Below are positions 29,017 to 32,000 of a stretch of DNA of 32,000 bases, in pieces. The DNA is from an uncultured Actinomycetes bacterium (GTDB lineage: Bacteria; Actinomycetota; Actinomycetes; S36-B12; CAIYMF01): NCBI GenBank assembly GCA_963843975.1, contig CAWJMG010000003.1, positions 2,700,001-2,732,000 on the forward strand. The letters run 5' to 3'. Numbering within the stretch: position 1 is the stretch's first letter; every line of letters begins with the position of its first letter. The notes below the pieces were generated by a model. That model did no database searches. It was not told the origin of the DNA and saw only the letters and a list, made by a program, of their open reading frames with translations. The translations under genes and the position numbers were made by a program.

Positions 29017-32000
29017 ATGTCTTTGGCGCGTATGTCCGCGGGCGCGGGGTACCAGTACCTGTTGCGCCACACCGCGTGTGGTGATGTGCAACGAGACCCT
29101 TCGACGCCGTTGACGGCGTACTACACCGCGTCGGGCTATCCGCCCGGCTCCTGGTACGGCGCCGGGCTTGCCGTCCTCGGGATCGCGTCCGGCGCAGCCG
29201 TGACCGAGGTAGGCATGGCCCGTCTCTACGGCCACGGCCAGCACCCCACTAGCGGAACGCCGCTGGGCCGCCCCTACTTGGCGTTCCGCAGCCAGGCGCA
29301 GCGCATCGCCGACTCCGTCGCGGCGCTGCCGGAGTCGATGACGGACTCCGCCCGGGCTGCGGCGGTCGAGGCGATCACCCGGTTGGAGGCCGCACGGAGG
29401 CCGCGTGTCGCGGTTGCCGGGTTCGATCTCACGTTCACTTCACCGAAGTCGGCCAGCGTGCTGTGGGCGTTGGCCGACCCGGACGTTCAGGCCCTCGTGG
29501 TCGCCGCGCATCGGGCTGCGGTCCGCGACGCGCTCGCGTTCCTGGAGGACCGGGCGCTGTTCACCAGGATCGGGCACAACTCGATCGCCCAAGTCCCGAC
29601 CCGCGGGATGGTCGCTGCCCTGTTCGATCATTGGGACACCCGCACCGGCGACCCGAACCTGCACACCCATGTCGTGGTGGCGAACAAGGTCCAGGGCCTC
29701 GATGGGGTGTGGCGGTCCCTGGACTCCCGGGCCCTGCACCACGCCGCGGTCGCGGTGTCCGAGCTCTACGACAACCTGCTCGCCGACCACCTCACGACCG
29801 CGCTCGACCAGAACACCGGCCACCGGGCTGGGTCCTCGTGGGGGTGGCGGGATCGCGGACCGCGGCGCACCCCGGCCTTCGAGCTCGACGCCGTTCCCGA
29901 CGACCTACTCACCGAGTTCTCAACCCGATCGGCGGCGATCGCCACCGCGATGACCGACGCCCTGGTCGACTTCCACGCCGCGCACGGACGCGGACCGAAC
30001 CGGGTGGAGACGACCCGTCTGCGTCAGCAGCTGACCACCGCGACCCGCCCCGCCAAGACGATGCGCCCGCTGCCCGAGCTAATGGCATGGTGGCGCGAGC
30101 GAGCCCGGCGCCTGCTGCGCCGCGCCCCGCACCCGCTCCTCGCCCCCGCGTGGAGCAGCCAGCACGCGACACCGGCGTTCACCGCCGCCATGGGTCGTAG
30201 TCGCGTCGGAGTCCGTCACGATACTGACGGAGTCGCCGGGCCAGTCCGTCACGGACTCCGTCACGGGACCCTGACCAGCGACGATACCTCAGCCGTCGGC
30301 AGCCAAGGCTGGCGCGGCACGGCACGATCCGGCGGGATGCTCCGCAGCCGGCTGCACCCACGCTCCGCCCACACAGCCCGTCCGAGCGTCTCCGACGACG
30401 TTGTCGAGCACCTCGCCGCAGTAGCCCTGGACGCGGTACTGGCGAGGCGCTCGACGTGGACCCGGTGGAACCTGCTCGCCGAGGCCGCGCGCGCCACCCG
30501 CGGTCTGCGGCTACCGAGCGCGGCGGAGCGGATCGCCTTGCACGACCGCGTCTGCGCGACCGCCCTTGCCGGCTGCATGCCGTTGACCGCGCCGGACCGG
30601 TGGACCGTGCCGGAGGGGTGGCGGCGCCCCGACGGCACCACAGTGTTCGACCGACCCGACGAGGATCGGTTTAGCCACAGGGTCATCCTGGACGCGGAGG
30701 CCCGCCTGCTGGCCGCCGCCGCCGACCAGCACGCCCCCGGCGTGGACGAAACGGTCGCCCGCAGCGCAGCGGTCAAGGTCCAGTCGCCGCGCCACCCCGG
30801 GGGTCGCCACGTGCGCCTCGCCAGCGATCAGGTCGACGCCGTCATCGGCATCGCCACCTCGCGGCGGCTCCTGGATGTCCTGGTCGGTCCGGCGGGGACC
30901 GGGAAGACCACGACCCTGCGCGCCCTGCGCACCGCGTGGGAGAACGTGCACGGGCCCGGCACGGTGCTCGGGCTGGCACCATCGGCGGCTGCGGCGCACG
31001 AGCTCGCCGACGCCCTCGGCGTAGCGTGCGAGAACACCGCGAAGTGGCTGCACGAGTCCACCGGCCCCGCCGCCCAGCAACGCGCCGCGGTGCGCGCGGG
31101 CCTGCTCGAACGGCGCACCGCCGCGACCAGCGCGGGCGACGCGCGCACGGTGCGGCGGGTCGACACCGCGCTGGCCCGACTCGACGCGCAGCAGGACCGG
31201 TGGCGGCTGCGGCCCGGGACGCTGCTCGTCGTCGACGAGGCGTCCCTGGCCGGCACACTGGCCCTCGACGACCTGGCCGCCCAGGCTGCTGCCGCGGGGG
31301 CCAAGCTGCTGCTCGTCGGCGACCACCACCAGCTCGGCGCCGTCGACGCGGGCGGCGCGTTCGCCCTGCTCGCCGCCACCGGCGCCGCGCACCGGCTGCG
31401 GTCGCTGTGGAGGTTCACCCACCGGTGGGAGGCCCACGCCACCCGGGCCCTGCGCGAGGGGCATCCGGGCGCCCTTGCGACCTACGACCGTCACGGCCGC
31501 ATCCATGAGGGAGGGCCCTTGGACGTCCTCGACGCTGCCTACTCCGCGTGGGCGAGCGACAGCCGCGGCGGCGCGTCGGCGCTGCTGCTCGCCGCCGATG
31601 GCGCGACGGTCGCCGCTCTCAACCACCGTGCCCGCACCGACCGCGTCGCCGCCGGTCTCGTCGACGATACGACCACCGTCCGCCTCGCCGATGGACTGCA
31701 AGCCGGCACCGGGGACCTCGTCGTCACGCGCCGCAACGACCGCCGCCTGGCCACCGCCGCGGGCGGCCATGTCCGCAACGGCACCCGCTGGACGCTCACG
31801 ACCATCCACGCAGACGGCAGCGCCGACCTCGCGGCGCAGTCCGGCACCGACCCAGAAGGCACCGGCCAGGACCGTGTTCGTGTGCCTGCCGACTACGTGC
31901 GCCGCCACCTCGAGCTCGGCTACGCCACCACCATCCATCGGGCCCAAGGACTCACCGTCGACCACACCCATCTCCTGGCCACCGAGGGCATGACCCGCGA
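29017..32000 (+). CDS. MobF-family (TrwC/TraA-like) conjugative relaxase with C-terminal RecD-like helicase, 3' end outside window
   Basis: Hand translation of frame 1 from ATG 29017 is open to base 32000, so it is absent from the ORF track because it has no stop. MSLARMSAGAGYQYLLRHTACGD...LTAYYTASGYPPGSWYGAGL (Tyr motif), FDHWDTRTGDPNLHTHVVVANKVQ (3-His motif), Walker A VLVGPAGTGKTT (about 30877-30912), LLVVDEASL, and GYATTIHRAQGLTVD near the end. Confidence 0.92.
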   Translation, partial: MSLARMSAGAGYQYLLRHTACGDVQRDPSTPLTAYYTASGYPPGSWYGAGLAVLGIASGAAVTEVGMARLYGHGQHPTSGTPLGRPYLAFRSQAQRIADSVAALPESMTDSARAAAVEAITRLEAARRPRVAVAGFDLTFTSPKSASVLWALADPDVQALVVAAHRAAVRDALAFLEDRALFTRIGHNSIAQVPTRGMVAALFDHWDTRTGDPNLHTHVVVANKVQGLDGVWRSLDSRALHHAAVAVSELYDNLLADHLTTALDQNTGHRAGSSWGWRDRGPRRTPAFELDAVPDDLLTEFSTRSAAIATAMTDALVDFHAAHGRGPNRVETTRLRQQLTTATRPAKTMRPLPELMAWWRERARRLLRRAPHPLLAPAWSSQHATPAFTAAMGRSRVGVRHDTDGVAGPVRHGLRHGTLTSDDTSAVGSQGWRGTARSGGMLRSRLHPRSAHTARPSVSDDVVEHLAAVALDAVLARRSTWTRWNLLAEAARATRGLRLPSAAERIALHDRVCATALAGCMPLTAPDRWTVPEGWRRPDGTTVFDRPDEDRFSHRVILDAEARLLAAAADQHAPGVDETVARSAAVKVQSPRHPGGRHVRLASDQVDAVIGIATSRRLLDVLVGPAGTGKTTTLRALRTAWENVHGPGTVLGLAPSAAAAHELADALGVACENTAKWLHESTGPAAQQRAAVRAGLLERRTAATSAGDARTVRRVDTALARLDAQQDRWRLRPGTLLVVDEASLAGTLALDDLAAQAAAAGAKLLLVGDHHQLGAVDAGGAFALLAATGAAHRLRSLWRFTHRWEAHATRALREGHPGALATYDRHGRIHEGGPLDVLDAAYSAWASDSRGGASALLLAADGATVAALNHRARTDRVAAGLVDDTTTVRLADGLQAGTGDLVVTRRNDRRLATAAGGHVRNGTRWTLTTIHADGSADLAAQSGTDPEGTGQDRVRVPADYVRRHLELGYATTIHRAQGLTVDHTHLLATEGMTR

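Noticed and set aside
30511-31971. 486-codon minus-strand ORF, plus other + and - ORFs listed between 29400 and 32000
   Set aside because: All overlap the relaxase-helicase reading frame, which carries unambiguous catalytic and Walker motifs. Their translations are low-complexity Arg/Gly/Ala strings.

Overview
About 70% G+C, strongly GC3-biased DNA of actinobacterial type. Three insertion sequences and a MobF relaxase at the right edge point to an accessory region, either a conjugative plasmid or an integrative element.

Left to right:
(i) Partial M15/VanY-like peptidase plus an OmpR/HK pair (1-2393).
(ii) Metal-homeostasis block (2935-6444). An ArsR/SmtB repressor has a perfect 16-bp palindrome over its start codon and is translationally coupled to two cation exporters. 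A coupled DUF3105/DUF305 pair follows.
(iii) IS256-family element (about 6858-8347).
(iv) Small 2-TM K+-channel-like gene.
(v) LanFEG/LanI-like operon (9516-12739): ABC ATPase, two ABC-2 permeases and a lipoprotein.
(vi) Three paralogous OmpR/HK systems. Two are encoded convergently, one with a 55-bp 3' overlap, in mirror-image orientation around a third. The third system's regulator was destroyed by an IS481 remnant, leaving an in-frame IS481-HTH::OmpR-wHTH chimera. Beside it sits an IS1595-family element with 24-bp perfect IRs, an 8-bp TSD, a frameshifted transposase and a passenger membrane ORF.
(vii) Two PAP2 phosphatase genes. One is degenerate and overlaps a regulator gene. The other is canonical and coupled to a 4-repeat COG4705-like membrane protein.
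(viii) An unrecognised, recurring family of small hyper-acidic proteins with signal peptides (3 intact, 1 apparently frameshifted). Their upstream regions, like that of the ABC operon, carry CTCT[CT]NG/TCTTGG direct repeats phased at 10-11 bp, which suggests one OmpR-type regulon.
(ix) A 0.9-kb ORF-poor gap with an SOS-box-like palindrome and a hairpin cluster.
(x) DUF1232 and ABM-like genes.
(xi) A MobF/TrwC relaxase-helicase that runs off the window and is absent from the ORF track because it has no stop.

I saw no rRNA, tRNA or CRISPR array by eye. All product names come from motif recognition; no database search was possible.
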